A stretch of DNA of 64,000 nucleotides from Tubiluchus corallicola (lineage: Eukaryota; Animalia; Priapulida): the NCBI GenBank assembly GCA_030141605.1, contig JAQGDQ010000067.1:124001-188000 (forward strand). Reading direction: 5' to 3'. Below are positions 40,273 to 54,100 of this stretch, in pieces (positions within the stretch are counted from its first letter, which is position 1; each line of letters starts with the position of its first letter). The position numbers were made by a program, and so were the translations under genes. The notes below the pieces were generated by a model that did not search any database, was not told where the DNA came from, and saw only the letters and a list, made by a program, of their open reading frames with translations.

Positions 40273-40696
40273 GTTGCTGATGCTCTAAGTCCGAAATAAA
40301 TATAAAGCGTCAAAATTTTGCGTCTAAGAGTATGAAATGCCCAATGAGTTGTATTAGTTTTTCAATGCTTGAATAAGCTTGCATTTTTGATGCTATGTAT
40401 GATACTTTTGTTTTGCAGATATATTTGATGTGTATTATGTGATGATCAATTTACTTCTTTTTATTCTTATTTTGTCTGAGTTGAAAAATATGTAATAACT
40501 CAGTGAGCTACAAAGTCATTATTTCTGTTCATGTTTGCCATTGCATATATGACGTTATCTTATCTTTAGCAGTGAAAAATGTTAAGTTTCATAATCATGA
40601 TCTTGAAATATTTCAGATTCTTTAGGGGAAGGCTCTGTGTTGGTCTCCCACCTAGCAGATTACTGCTACTAATTATTTTTCACTTTAAGTATTAAC

Positions 40697-43600
40697 CAAG
40701 GACTACTATACAACAGGACGTGCACGGTCAGATCTCTGATTCGGCTAGCGGAGGCGATCTATTTTTAACATTTAGTGCTAATAATTTGGACATATTTACC
40801 CCCCATGGTGACATATAGCATGCCACAATACACATAGAACATATTCCTCATTCATCTAGTAATTTAAAAACAGTGGTACCTATGATATCCCCCCCCCAAA
40901 AAAAACCACCATATCTGCAACTCATTGTGTCCCGAAGATTACCTGTCACTTTCTATAGAGAATAAACAGACTGCACCATTTTGTCAGGACTATATAAACT
41001 CATTCATAGGTTCCTCTGTGTAAATTAGAATACATGAAATTATTGCACTCACCATTTTGCAGAGATGTTTGCGACAATTAGTCGGCTAGTCGCGCCTTCT
41101 TAATGGAGGTCTGGTAAAGGGCTGAGTTCTGCTGGTGATCCTTCTCCAAATTGTGTAGTCCATGCAGCAGTACATTCGCCAGGCGTCTCAGAGCATTTCT
41201 TGAAAATTCTCCAAAATCAAAGTAGGCAACTGATTATGGAGAGGATGTTCATGAGCTTGTTGCGGCAGCCGACTATGTGAGTTGACTTCTTCACAAAACA
41301 CAAGCCAGTTGTTACGAATTTGAACGTGAATGTGTGGGGCACTGTAAGACCTCCCCTAGACACTTCTTCAATGAACATTTTCATTTCCTCAGAAAGGAGA
41401 GGCTCATCCTCGGGAAAAGAAATGTCATTTTGGCACTTACTCTCCAACCAACCTGCGACATATGCACATGCGTTCAGTTCAGTTTTGGAAAGAGTCTCGT
41501 CAACACAAATCTCCATAATTTTGGCATCCTCGAAATCAATCCCATTGCATGTATGCAACTGGATTTTGGATGATGTGTCTGTGTCCACAAACTCCAGGAA
41601 TGATGCAGAAAAACGCGCCAGTCTATGCTTGAATGCTGAACAGACATCTCCAGCTTGCATGAATGCATTGGCCCCCCTTGACTGCCTGTAAACTGAGAAC
41701 TCACTCTCTATTCTGTCACTCTGAAGTTCACGCAATAATACGTAGTGAAATCCAACAGAAAATAAGTGCCTACAGATAGCGAGGAGTCCCTCCGTGGTCT
41801 GAATCAAAGCTTTTCGCGTATCATGTGTCAGGCATTCAATTCTATTTGGTCCGTGTCCTGATTCGGTTTGCTTAAACATAGTCAACAACGACTGAAGAGT
41901 ATCAGATGTATCTTGTTGAACAGATCGATCAGGGTCTCTCATCCTCGTGTCTTGACCTCTGGCAGAAACATTTACCACATTCCACCAGTGTAGCACTTGC
42001 TGAATGAATTCTGCAGTGTCCTGGGCTCCTCGACGTCTCAGTGATGCAGCGACACGATCGTTGAACACCCTCAGGACATGTTGCACATTCTGGAGCTGAA
42101 GTTTCGATGGGAAGACTGCAGAATATGTCAAAGGTGTTGACTTCAGCACATTGTCTTTCTCAGCTTTGTAAAGACTTTTTACTTCAGCAAATGAGCCAAC
42201 AGTTTCTGACATTTCTCCAGTTGTTCCTGATACATTTCAGAATGTGGACAGTATCATACAACAGGAACCACACTCGTGTATTTTCCAGGGGATGTTCAGC
42301 CTCCCAGTCTGTTCGTCTGGTAAACAATTTGCAGTATTGTTGGTTGATCTTGTCGTTGTCCGTCATGGACCCTAAAACAGTTCCTCCCGAATTCTCAACC
42401 ATTGTAGCAGCCTCCTTCACGACAGAAAATTGATATGCAGCAGTCAGCTTGTGAACGGGGGTCACTGATATCATCACGCTGGGGCACCATGTAGACATTT
42501 AGCCATCACACAGAGCATTGATGTAGCTTTACTGTCTGGCTCATTTTTTGCCATGCCATTTAGCACACCCCCTGAAAAAGCCACTGTTGGGCGTATTTTC
42601 ACTTCATCCACCAATAGCATACAGTGTTTCTGCTCAGAGCTTTTCACTTTCTGAAATGTTTTACCTAGCACCTTGTCAATATCTGTCCATGAAAAACTGA
42701 CTGCAGCTTTCTTTTGCTGGGTAACACTAAAAAGTCACGCAGTTGTTCGTAATTGCAATGGGGAAATGACTCTATTGCAAAGCAATAATCAGACACTGTG
42801 AAAGTCTTATCACATAATAGTCGAAGCTGTCGTGTTAGAAATTTGAGCTTCTTGGCTTTAGCATTAACACTAGGAGATTGTTCTCGATTTTGAGCTAGTT
42901 CAAGTTCAAGAGACTTTGTCACTTTGTTGACAATATCATCAACATGATGAATGTGGTTGACAACAGAATTCACAACCGCAAAAAATTGTGAGTAAGAGGA
43001 CAGCCCATTGTTTGGACTGAGGATTTTACTTAATGGCACACTGATCCCATTTTTGAAAGCATACAGAGTAAGAGGGGAACACAAGGTAGGCTTATTGTGA
43101 GCAATAATTGACATATAACATTGACTGTGGTCCTCTTCCATGAACATGCACACAAATTTGTCTTGTGTGCGAGATATAATGAGGTTCTGATACGTCTTAT
43201 GCAAGTCTTTCTCAGGAGTGAATTCATTGAGAGAAGTTATTTTATCCTTTTTAAAGAAATAATTCAGCTGCTGGTCCTCAGTTTTTGGAGGGCGAGGTGG
43301 TGGCTTTGGAGTGGGCAAGCATGATGCTGGAACGTTGAAAATACTGGGTGGATCCACTGGCCTGGTGTGACCACCTGGAATTTTGACCATTTGAGTATCT
43401 GATGGCCAATGCTTTTCGCAAATGAAAAATTTCGTTGGATCAACAACAAAGCCTTCGCGTGGGGGAAGAACACTTAGCCATTTCTGTTTTTCTACATGAT
43501 CTCTTGGCAGTCTGGACACACGACACTTGTTCTCCGTGTCATAGTTACCTTTGCATTTCACAACACCACACTTGTTAGGCATGCTGCTGAGCACAGATGT

Positions 43601-44004
43601 ATAAAGTCCACCAGAAATTTTGAAAATAATCCACAAAGAAACAAACACAAGCACGAAAACAACGCTTCACTTGACTTTGAACAATGACACACTAACAATG
43701 ACAAAGCACTACTTCCGGTAAAACACACTTACGCCTAAAGTAGTGCGCTATTTAAGAAGTAAAAATGAACACTAATTTCCTTTAATACATAAAATAAACA
43801 ATTGGTACTTTTCTCCCGTAATGTAAAGAACCAATTAAATGAAAAATAATACTCGCTATCTACCGATCCACCCATTCTTTAATTTCCAAGATCACTACTC
43901 TCTAAAGCGCACTATTTATAGATTACGTTCATACAAGTATTGATCGCCTCCGCTAGCCGAATCAGAGATATAAGCGTGCACGTCCTGTTGTATAGTAGTC
44001 CTTG
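40697..44004 (-). mobile_element. Full-length P-superfamily (THAP) DNA transposon, 3308 bp
   Basis: 63-bp TIRs (40697-40759 and 43942-44004, 60/63 identical, starting CAAGGACTACTATACAAC); 8-bp TSD GTATTAAC at 40689-40696 and 44005-44012. Confidence 0.95.
41078..43582 (-). pseudogene. Frameshifted P-element-type transposase with N-terminal THAP domain
   Basis: THAP: MPNKCGVVKC..LP..W..ICEKHW..PSIF. Catalytic-region motifs: LLVDEVKI, MTDNDKIN, YDTVHILKCIRNNW, LQSDRIESEFSVYRQ. Split by about four frameshifts (near 42680, 42490, 42200, 41220). Confidence 0.9.
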
Positions 44005-45384
44005 GTATTAACCTAAACGGTATCACGTATTGTTTACCTAGCGATTGATAATATCGATGTATTGATTTAATGTTCCTACCTTGTGCTGCCACCTTTAGTC
44101 AAGAGTAGTATTATTTTTGACGAAGTTATCCATTAAATGAAACCATATTCTGTTAAGATACCTTAAATATGTAATTAGGCAGAAGAAGATGAAATTAGTT
44201 TCAACATCACTTTTATTTTTCAAAAAAATACGTTTAGCAACAATTTTATCCATAATAATATTATGTACATCTTTGAACAAATGTGAAACCTTCGTTGCTG
44301 TACTATTGAGGTCACTTCATTCAGAACTCGTTTCTAATTGGTCAGCTAGCTTTCGAGGCCTGGATATTAGGCGAATTGGCCTATGTGGCAGGGTAGAATG
44401 AGCGTGTTGAAAAATGGTCAGATATAACTATATCATGGTTTCTTTCGTACGATGATTGAACGAACAATTGATGATTTGTTCATTATTATGGTCTTCTTAT
44501 TCGTTGGTGAAGATGTTCTTCATTCGCTGGTGGAACCTCGTCAGTTACGCAATTGCTGAGAGACATTTGTTAAGTTAGGCATTCATTACATAGCCTAATT
44601 ACCTTTACGTTGGATGAAGAACTGTCACCTTTGACGTCACGTTTAATGGTCTAAATCGGTCCCGTTCTGCGTGGAATCCGGAGGAGAGGATCTTCTCATT
44701 ATCCGATCTCAAGAAACCCCGTTCTGCGTCTTGCCAGTTTGATGGAAAGTTGTAGAGACGTCCTGGAAAAGACTACCCGCTGCCCACAAAGTAGACTGAG
44801 AGAGACGCTAGCTTAGCCAACTTCCACTAGAGACTGAATTCCGCTGCATTACTACAACGTGCGTGAGAAAGACTGGTCCTATCTAAATACTGGAGACCTC
44901 GCCTTGGTAAACTACTATTTTGTTATTATTGTTTGCTGAAAGACTGTTATTTTTTACAATGTCCTGTACAATGTTCGCTCTGTAAATTGAAATAATAATC
45001 CTGACACTTATCTGTAAAAGCAAAAATGATTTGCAAACGATAGTAATGAACAACATTTAATACATGCTGTATGCAGAGCGATGCATAACGGTTTTTATAG
45101 GAAATGAAATACAAAGAGAAGTAAAGTAACTAAAAACAACAGAAACCCTGGGATAGATGAACTCAACTCTGAGTTGATAAAATGTGGAACAAATTTTCTC
45201 TACAACACCATTGCTGGCATTTTAAATAGGGTATTAGAAAGATCACAGCTATTTGTTTACTAAATCAAATTTTCCCTAAGTTAAACTCAGGCAGGTTACA
45301 CATCTGACTGTAGTACTTCTGAACTTATTCACACTGTACGTTATTAGCTAAAAAAGCCATTTCATATATGTATAATCAGCCGCA

Positions 45385-45650
45385 GTTTAGAAAAATATAA
45401 TCTTAAAGTCAATAATGCAAAGATGGGAGAATACCATATTTGGAGAGGAAGTAATGGAAAAGATGTAAATATCCTGGTAGCTTGTTAGACACCAAAGCCG
45501 ACATACAGAGAAGGAAAATTCTCGCATTGTCTACTTATTTAGATCTCACAATGGTCTTTGAAAACAATAGACTTTCTCTTAAACCTAAGTTCAGATCCTT
45601 TCAATTTTAGGTTAACCTGTGTTTTTGTACAATTTTGAACTATGGATAAT
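45385..45650 (+). mobile_element. LINE RT C-terminal remnant (RTE-like)
   Basis: LEKYNLKVN, CKYPGSLLDT..DIQRRKILA, VFLYNFELW. Confidence 0.6.
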
Positions 45651-47451
45651 TCATGCCTGCCAGTGTCTAACAATCATTTTATCTCTGTTCGGTAAAGGAT
45701 AGACGACTAGGTGACTTTATAGCCTTTTTGCTATCCTTTCACTAGTTTTAGGTCTATCTATTCATTTTAACAATTCTTCAAAATTTATTAGTGATTCTGT
45801 TATTAATAATGTTTTATTGTAGTGTTATAAAGAGATAAATATGTTGAAATTGAATTGAATTGAAAATTGAAATGACAAAAAACCGAGAGCGAATCAGCTA
45901 CTGACGTATATAGATATGCTGCAAAAAGATTTAGCAAATGCAACTTTAGCAAATGCGATTTAGCTAATGATTTGAGGGATGGTGCATCGTGAGCAGTGGC
46001 AGCGGACAGAAATGCGTGGCATCAACAGGTGTGACATGCCATGTTTTATAACTAAGCAGTACCTAGACGATGAAAAATAATGATGATTTGTTTCAAAATT
46101 CTGCTGACTGGATAATGTTTAAAACGTTTTATTGAGATGGAACAAAATAGTTGAAGCGTTTAATTATTCAAACCCATAAATTTGTGTGTTCAAATCAAAT
46201 TCCGACGTTGGAATAAACTTCAAGTTATGGCATTCCTAATTCAGTTAACATTTATTTACAATATTTAACTAGTGGCATGGTGGCTAAAAAACTAAAATGT
46301 AAAAAATTACAATACATACATTATAATAGAACATTTACAATACATTAGCAAAATCAAATATCATGTTTACGTTACAATAATCAAAATGAAAAAAGTAACA
46401 TTATGAACTCAAGCTGTCAGTGACAAATCAGCGGTTAATAATGTAATTGTGAAAAGAAAAAATATATGTGAATATAAGACATAACGAAATAAATAATCTT
46501 GTATCAATATACAACATAACTAATGTAACTAAATAAGTAATATGGAATATATGTAATTGGTTATTTTATTATTCAAGGAAGTAACATTAATGAAAACATT
46601 AATTCTTCAACAGTTAAACAGAGGAATTAAAGCGTCAAAAGAATTCCAGTTATTTGAAAAATTTGTATCACATCATTATTTTAACGTGAATTGTTATGTT
46701 ACACATTATAATTTACTTTCAGCTACTTTTTGATATGCACTATTATAATCTTTGAATTACATTGCTTCTCGTTCTTTATCTGATGATGATTTGCAATTAC
46801 AATATTTTTTGCATATTTCATTAATTAACCATCAACTTCCATTTATTAATGAATTATGATTTTTTTGGAGTCGCTGTTATATTGTACAATTTGAAGCTTT
46901 CAGATGGTAGAGATTTCTGAAACTCTGATTACAGTAAGATCGTTTGTAAATGCTATAAAATTTCCAGATGAATTTTTTGAGCTACATATCATATTTACTA
47001 ATCTTGGCCTTCAACACAAGGTTATCCGCATACAACTCAGTTACATTTCCTGCTTATTTCATCCCAGGGCAATGCTGCTTTTTAAAAATGTATAAATCAG
47101 CATCTTCCACAAGTCAGTAGTCAGTAAAGTTAATAGGAATGAGGCAAGTAAATTAAAGGAAAAATACAACACTTGGTCATAATAGTATCAGATTCATGGA
47201 ACATTATTGTAGGAGTGAACTGGTTGGCAGTTTTATTTTTTTGGATTTTGAACTGTGCTTCCAGTTTCTAAAAACATAAATCCAACAAATGGACTGAATC
47301 CATATTAGATGTCTCGCTGTTAGTCAGAATCCTGAGTGGCTGTTTTTTTTTGGTTTTTTTTGTTTACCAAGATATCAACGATATGCAAGACTACTTCAGT
47401 GCAATGGTGTTACAGTTGAATTCTTTTCTTCTTATCGAACAATCGTTTTTC

Positions 47452-49085
47452 AATGTAATGTAATGTAACAAAATTTTGTGTAGCACACTACATCACTACA
47501 TTATTTGAAATGTCAGTATGCTGAATAGTAAGATGCACTAAAAATTTACACCTTACATTAAAACTTGAAATACATTAAAAATTGAATCACTATAAAAAGT
47601 TCAATCTAAAAATGTGTTTTAAGATGTCATTTTAAAAATCTAATGAATTTACAGACTATATAGCATAACGTATTCCAGAGATATGGAGCCACATACAGAA
47701 CAGCGCATTCAGCCTATATTACTGTGTACCAAAAGATCTATGAAATTTGCAGGTGCCAAACTATGTAGTATTTTGAGTGTAATACAAAGAATTTTATATT
47801 GAATTTAGAATTTATGAATAGCGTGAAAGTTGTAACTGTATATTTTAGGTGCTGCCATCTAGTGATTAGTCACTTTAACATTTTACTAGTTAAACTCACC
47901 CCTAGTACAATTGCTCGGTCCAGTGAATATGCTAACTCACTGGATCTCCCTTATTTTTACTGTAATGGGATATGTGAAGCCAAGTTTTTGCATAGTTCTC
48001 TACCTATATACAAGGCCGTAGTCGACGGTCCGGTCGGTCCGGCCATGGCCGGACCACTTTTTCTGCCATACGTGCGTAGACATTCTCAGCCCTGCGTAGA
48101 GTAAAAACTTATTTGCGGAGTACGATGACTCAAGCTAGACTGAACAATCTCATGACTTTGCATGTACATATGGATAGAACAGACGCTCTCGACCTGAAGG
48201 AAATTGCGAACGAGTTTACTGCTAGAAATGAGCGGCGCAGATGTGTGTTTGGAAGTTTTGATCAATCATATCATCATTGAGTATGTGTAGTGCTCTATTA
48301 TATTATAACTCTGTATTATAAATTATAATATACTCTTCTATATGTTGCTGCTGTATTCTTTTTCTACCTGTTCCGTATCTGTGGCCGGACCACTTTTCAA
48401 AAGCCGACTACGGCCCTGATATATACTGGCTGGAATTTACTTCTAGCCACTGTCTCTCTGTCACGCTCTCAGTGACGTGCATTCGATCTACTTATGTGAC
48501 TCTCTGTCACGTTCTCAGTGCAGTGCAGCAGTCGTGATCTTCATTTTACTTGTGTATTTTACTGTGTATTTAGTATAATAAACGGTTTCAGTTTTGGTGC
48601 AGATATGTAATATAGTGTTCATTCGTTTTTCTACAAAGTGTTCAACTTCAACCTCACACATGACTTTCACAAATAGCCAATGCATCTCTCTTAAAATAAG
48701 TGTAATATGACCATATTTTCTGGTTTTGTATTGAGACAGTCAGCTGAATTCTGAATTAGTTTGACTTTCATATGCAGGGAGTCCAATAAGTAAGCTATTG
48801 CAGTAATCAAGTCTGAATGTTATGAAAGTTTATATGATATTTTCATTTATTTGGTAGTTGTGAATATGTCTGATTTTTCAGACTTTCCACAATGCTAAGG
48901 CTGTCGACCTACTAACGTGTGCTAGCTGGTTTGACATAATACCAAAAGTGTTAAACGTTTCTTCAAGATTGTTTAACTTTTGGGAAGGACCGACACTGAC
49001 GTCACCAATTTCTACATAATGTAGAGGAAGTAAGTAGCAGTACTTTGAAATTTAGTTGAAAAATGAACTAATTCTGTTTTGGTTT
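47452..49085 (-). mobile_element. L2-like LINE 3' half, interrupted by the hAT derivative
   Basis: - strand KTELVHF..IGDVSVGPS, FITFRLDYCNSLL, LIQNSA, APYLWNTL; (CATTA)n tail at 47452-47468. Confidence 0.7.
48011..48418 (+). mobile_element. hAT deletion derivative retaining the transposase C-terminus
   Basis: TIR CA(A/G)GGCCGTAGTCG; internal KTYLRSTMTQARLNNLMTLHVH..IANEF..RR..FG (hAT dimerisation region, ZMYM1-like); TSD imperfect. Confidence 0.85.
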
Positions 49086-49094
49086 TCATTGTAG

Positions 49095-49209
49095 GTGGAA
49101 AAGCTCGTAATGGTTCACCAATCATCACATTCCCCGACACAACATATTTTCACAGCATCACAGAGATGGCTTATCAAAAGCTGGTTACATATCTTACCTG
49201 TGTTTGCAT
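49095..49209 (+). CDS. MCF2L: MCF2L/Dbs-like SEC14 exon, (G)GKARNGSPIITFPDTTYFHSITEMAYQKLVTYLTCVC
   Basis: ttgtag| ... |gtaagt, 115 nt, phase 1-2; GG..GSPIITFPD and VTYLT motifs of the Dbs/Trio SEC14 domain. Confidence 0.93.
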
Positions 49210-50392
49210 GTAAGTGTTTTTTATTTCTTTAAGCTGTATGCTACTGAAACTTGTTTTGATTACTTGATAAGTATTCTAAAATGTTTATATATTAAAAAGT
49301 GAAGTTAGACAGTGGTATGGTTATAAATTTTTTTTTCAAGTTTAGCTATTACATGCAAATGTATATGTAGATATATGGATAATGTAAGTTTTTTTTATCA
49401 AGAGTAGCAACGTTCCCCTCAATATATATATATATATATAGGCTCTAGTATTTCGACATTGATAGTCTAGTCTAGCAATGAAAGCTTACAATAATGTTAG
49501 ATGATAATCCGGGCCCACTAATAGAATCGAATTTGACATCATACCTTTGTGTCAGATGTGGAAATGCCCAAGCTCCAATAAGGGGCGTTTGGACAGGTTT
49601 AAGGTAGAACTCTATGTATAGTGCATATTTATGTATATTCATTGTTTCTAAGTGTCTCTGAACGCTATGCGTATTAATAAAGCTCATGGCAATAAAATTA
49701 GGAGTAATAATTTTTGGAAGCCATGTTTCTATCGAAATTTCAGTGCAACATGTATCAAGAAATAATCACAGCGTGTCATTATTATCATTGTAGGCATACT
49801 AAATGACAGCAAAACTGAAAAGAAAGCTCGGGTTTTGGGTGCATAAGATTTTGTAGTGGAGAGAACAACGCGGCTTGTATCACCACTTAGTGAAAGAGCT
49901 GCAGTTAGATGCAGAAAAATATAATTATATGCTTCTTTCACCTATCAAAAACTCAAATGGAAGGTGTGTATTGTGTGTAGGGCCTTTAATAACACCTGAC
50001 CAAAAGGCCAATCAGCGAAAATGGTCACTGTAAACTTGAAAACTCACTAAATCACTTTCCCAACTGAACATTGCTGTGTGCGTATTCGGGCAATACTGAC
50101 CACTTTCAACTAGCTACAGTCCTTGATTGCACATTACATACACATGGTAACACTTCACAATAAAGGCGTAAAAAGCAAAGTAATGAAAGAAAATAGATAG
50201 TTTGTAAAAAAACGAGATTGTGTTAAAATATTTTGATTCAAGATACAGTTCCCAGTTTTTGATGTCACATGTCCAAAATGGCTGGGATGAAAACTGCATC
50301 TCTTATATCAAAATGGTGTTCTGTAAAATGTTTGCGTGTTGTATAGCTTTTATACTTGTTTCATATGCTCACACCTCTGTTTCACTCTTTAG

Positions 50393-50483
50393 GCTTCAAG
50401 ATGCTGATTTAGGATTTGTATTAGTTATAGATAGGCGAACAGACAAATGGAGTTCGGTTAAATCAATACTTCACAAATTATCG
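50393..50483 (+). CDS. MCF2L: MCF2L/Dbs-like SEC14 exon, LQDADLGFVLVIDRRTDKWSSVKSILHKLS
   Basis: ctttag| ... |gtaagt, 91 nt, phase 2-0; closely matches the MCF2L motif LQDAGIGFILVIDRRRDKWTSVK. Confidence 0.95.
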
Positions 50484-51183
50484 GTAAGTATGATGTGGAA
50501 CTGTATATATCAAAGAATTCCCATTAGACTTCTAATTAAGTTCACAAAACATTAATATAGCTTTATTAGTGAAATTATTCCAGCGTTATGAAAAACCAAT
50601 TTTAGCAAAATGCTTAACTATATAATTCTTGCATAAATCAAAGCATAATAGGCACAGGTCATAGATGTAAATGACACAGATAATATGCACTTAAAGAAAA
50701 CCATAGATAAATGCTAACTGTGAACCACATTCACCCCCTTTGGCCGACTACCCCTACAATAGAATCTTTATAACACTCAGATTTTTTAACAGATCTACCT
50801 GAACATGTAACAAGTGTGTCAGGTTGTTTAGCAATACATTTTGGTTTTACAAATGCAGATTCCTGAACACAATCATTTGTGCTCAGTGATCATTATCACT
50901 GACTACAATTTTAGTACCACTGTCAATCAATTCATCGGTACCAAAGTCAGAACTATTCTGTTCATGCAAAGAATGTGAGTGACTGTCAGGAACACAGTGT
51001 TCATCTCCAAAGGAATTGCTGATATCATGCTCGTCTTGGTCAGCTGGATGATAAGAAAGATGCTTAATAGACACACACCGTATCCATTCTGCCATTAGGA
51101 AATTTAGTCAGAATTAAGTGTGGGCTGAGCACTTTGACGACTTTCACTGGAATAACTTTAGGATCAGTCTTGCATTTTCTTAC

Positions 51184-54100
51184 TGTTCTGTATTGATAGT
51201 ACTGCATATGAATACCATAGTAGTGCGGATAGTTAGAGGTGGTTCGGTTTATGGCCGCAAGGCATGATAGATTAAACTTGTTTCATATTAGATAGATGAA
51301 AGTCATTTCGTATTTAAAATAATAAAGAATTACAAATATAACAGTGGCGACGAGCTTATGAAGAAACCGTAAGTTAGCCAACTACCGTTAAAATGGAATT
51401 AACTGTTATTCCAAAATTTGATTGCCTCTCTGACCCAGCAACTTTGGGCACATGCTGCCAAAGGTGGCTGATGCCATTTGAACTGTATGCGGATGGCAAA
51501 GGTCACATCATTGGAGAAAACGCTGCTGCAGCAGTACGACAGCAGAGACGAGTGCTTTTGCTGCACTTAGCTGGCACTGATGTGCAAGAGATCTTTCGCA
51601 CGTTGCCGAACACAGGTGAAGCCAGTGACTATGTTGCCGCAGTGAATATTTTAAGCATGTACTTTGTACCACAAATTAATCCAGCATTTGTTTGACAGAC
51701 TTTTCATCAGTTAAATCAGAAACAAGGAGTTCAGTTTGTTACTTGTCTATGGACTGCCGCACGTGATTGCAAATGCGGCGGTGATTCAGACAATCAGATT
51801 TGTGACACTGTTCTGTGCAAGTGTAATTCTGATTACATTCGTCGTAAGTCATTAGAATCTGACCAGGACTTAACGCTTGCTAATGTGTTAGATATTGCAA
51901 GTAAATGTGAGAAAGTTGAATCTCAGATGACATCGTTTGTGGGAACTTCAAATACCGCTGAAAAAGAGTTGCAATCTATTGCGCAATAAAAAACATAATT
52001 ATGCGATGTCACGAAAATTTGCACAACGTAACTCCTCGGGAAATAAGAAAAGTTCTGGAGCCTGCTTCAGATGTGGATCGCTTGATCATTACGGACGTGA
52101 CCCAAATTGTCCAGCCAAAGGTCAAACATGCAAAAAGTGTGGCAGCAGAGATCATTTTGCCAAGGTATGCAAGACTCAATTAAATAAGTTGAATAAAACT
52201 GGGACTAAGTATGTGATGTATTCTTATCTATGGCTAATATTTTAATATTTGCGCTTACTAAGATTTCCCTTATTGTTTAAGCGGGCTCATCACGAGGTAG
52301 AAGTTATGTAATATGGGATTTGCTTGTTCAAATTGTTATCTAAACTGATGTTCATTTGATAAATATTCGTTTTATTTAGTATTGACTAATTCATAAACTG
52401 TTGTGGCTGTATCTTGCGGACGTTACATGGTAGTACGGATGGAAGTTGTCGGCAAGTGCTTAACTACTGACATGCTGATAACATCACTTCTTTTGAAAGT
52501 AAAGACAAACTTTCTATCGGGAAGACTTTGGTAAGATAAAATGGGTGACAGCGAAGGTCATATCCAAGTTACTTCCCCATATAGTGTCCTGCCTACACCA
52601 CCTAGACTAGACCTGCATGGAAATTTAGCTGCGAATTGGCAAAAATTTCGTCGGGTGTGGGACAATTATGAGGTGGCTTCGAAGCTCATTGAAGCAAATA
52701 ATGCTGCTAGAACAGCCACATTATTGACTGTTTCGGGTCCTGAGCGTGTCGAAAAAATTCTGATGGACTAGAATTTGAAAATGAGGCAAACAAAACTAAT
52801 GTTGCAATGGTTCTACAAAAATTTGAAGTGTTTTGTGTCGGAGAAACTAATGAAACTTACGAACGATATTGTTTTAATAAACACGATCGAAATCCTGATG
52901 AAACAATCGATGTCTATGTCTCATCTTTACGCACGCTAGCCAAAATGTGTAATTATGGCAGTCTAACTGAGAGTCTGATATGTGACCGAATAGTACTAGG
53001 CAAAACTGACAATGCCACTCGTAAGCGACTACTGGAAGAGTCTAAACTAACACTGAGTAACTGCATAACTGTTTGCCGCTCTTTTGCTGAGCCTGCAAGT
53101 CAACTTCAAAATATATTGGCTGAACAGGCTTCCTACTCTGAACAGGTGCAAATTGTCAAACCCAAAACTAATAAAGCTAGGGCTAGTAAAACCACGGGTA
53201 CTAAGAAAAATGAACGACTGTCACTTCTCTGGGCATAAGAATGAATGGGACAAAAATAAATGTCCTGCTTATGGCAAAACGTGCAATATTTGCCAAGGAA
53301 AAAATCATTTTCAGTCTATGTGCGAATCTAGAGATAGAACTGACACTCGTATAAAATCATTTCCGTCAAGAAGAGGCCAAAGTGTCTTTGGTATGGCCAA
53401 CTGTGAGGAAGAGTCGAATGAGTATGTGATTGTAACTGTAAATCATACTGTCCATGCTACTGAACAGTGTACCATGCAACCGCCTCAGATTTACAGTGAA
53501 TGGCTTATAGAGGGCACAACCACGATTTTTCAGATTGGCTCTGGGGCCAGTATAAACATTATACCTGAAACCTGAAAACTTGTGCCACATCACTTGTGTT
53601 ATAAACTTGCTACTGTAAACACTGTGTTAGAAATGTGGAACAAAACTAAAATAAGTCCCAAAGGGCAAGTCAGGTTGCCAATTGTCAGTCCAGTGAATAT
53701 AAAAAAAGTTATTCTGTGAAATTTTTGGTTGTAAATGAAAAGTTTGTACCATTGTTAGGTTCTCATGCTTCACAGCAAATGAAGCTTTTTACTGTAAATG
53801 AAAGTAACTTCAAAAGGGTTTAATCATACAATGTTGCTAATATGCTGTATAGTGACAGCAGTCCTAGGCCTGTAGTACATGTTTCATATGTTTGTAGTTT
53901 GTAGTGTTGCTGATTGTAATGCTTTACTGACTGAATTTTCTGATATTTTCAGTGAGTTACCAGGAGAATTCCCTGGATGTGTAAGTTTGCAAATTGATCC
54001 TACTGTACTGCCAGTTGTACAACCATTTAGGCGACTTCCTTATAACATGCGAGATAAATTTAAAGCAGAACTTGACAGACTCGAACAAAACAATGTCATC

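Noticed and set aside
41078-43582. Domesticated THAP9-like host gene or programmed frameshifting
   Set aside because: TIRs and TSD are intact, and the frameshifts show no consistent slippery sites or splice signals that I could see.
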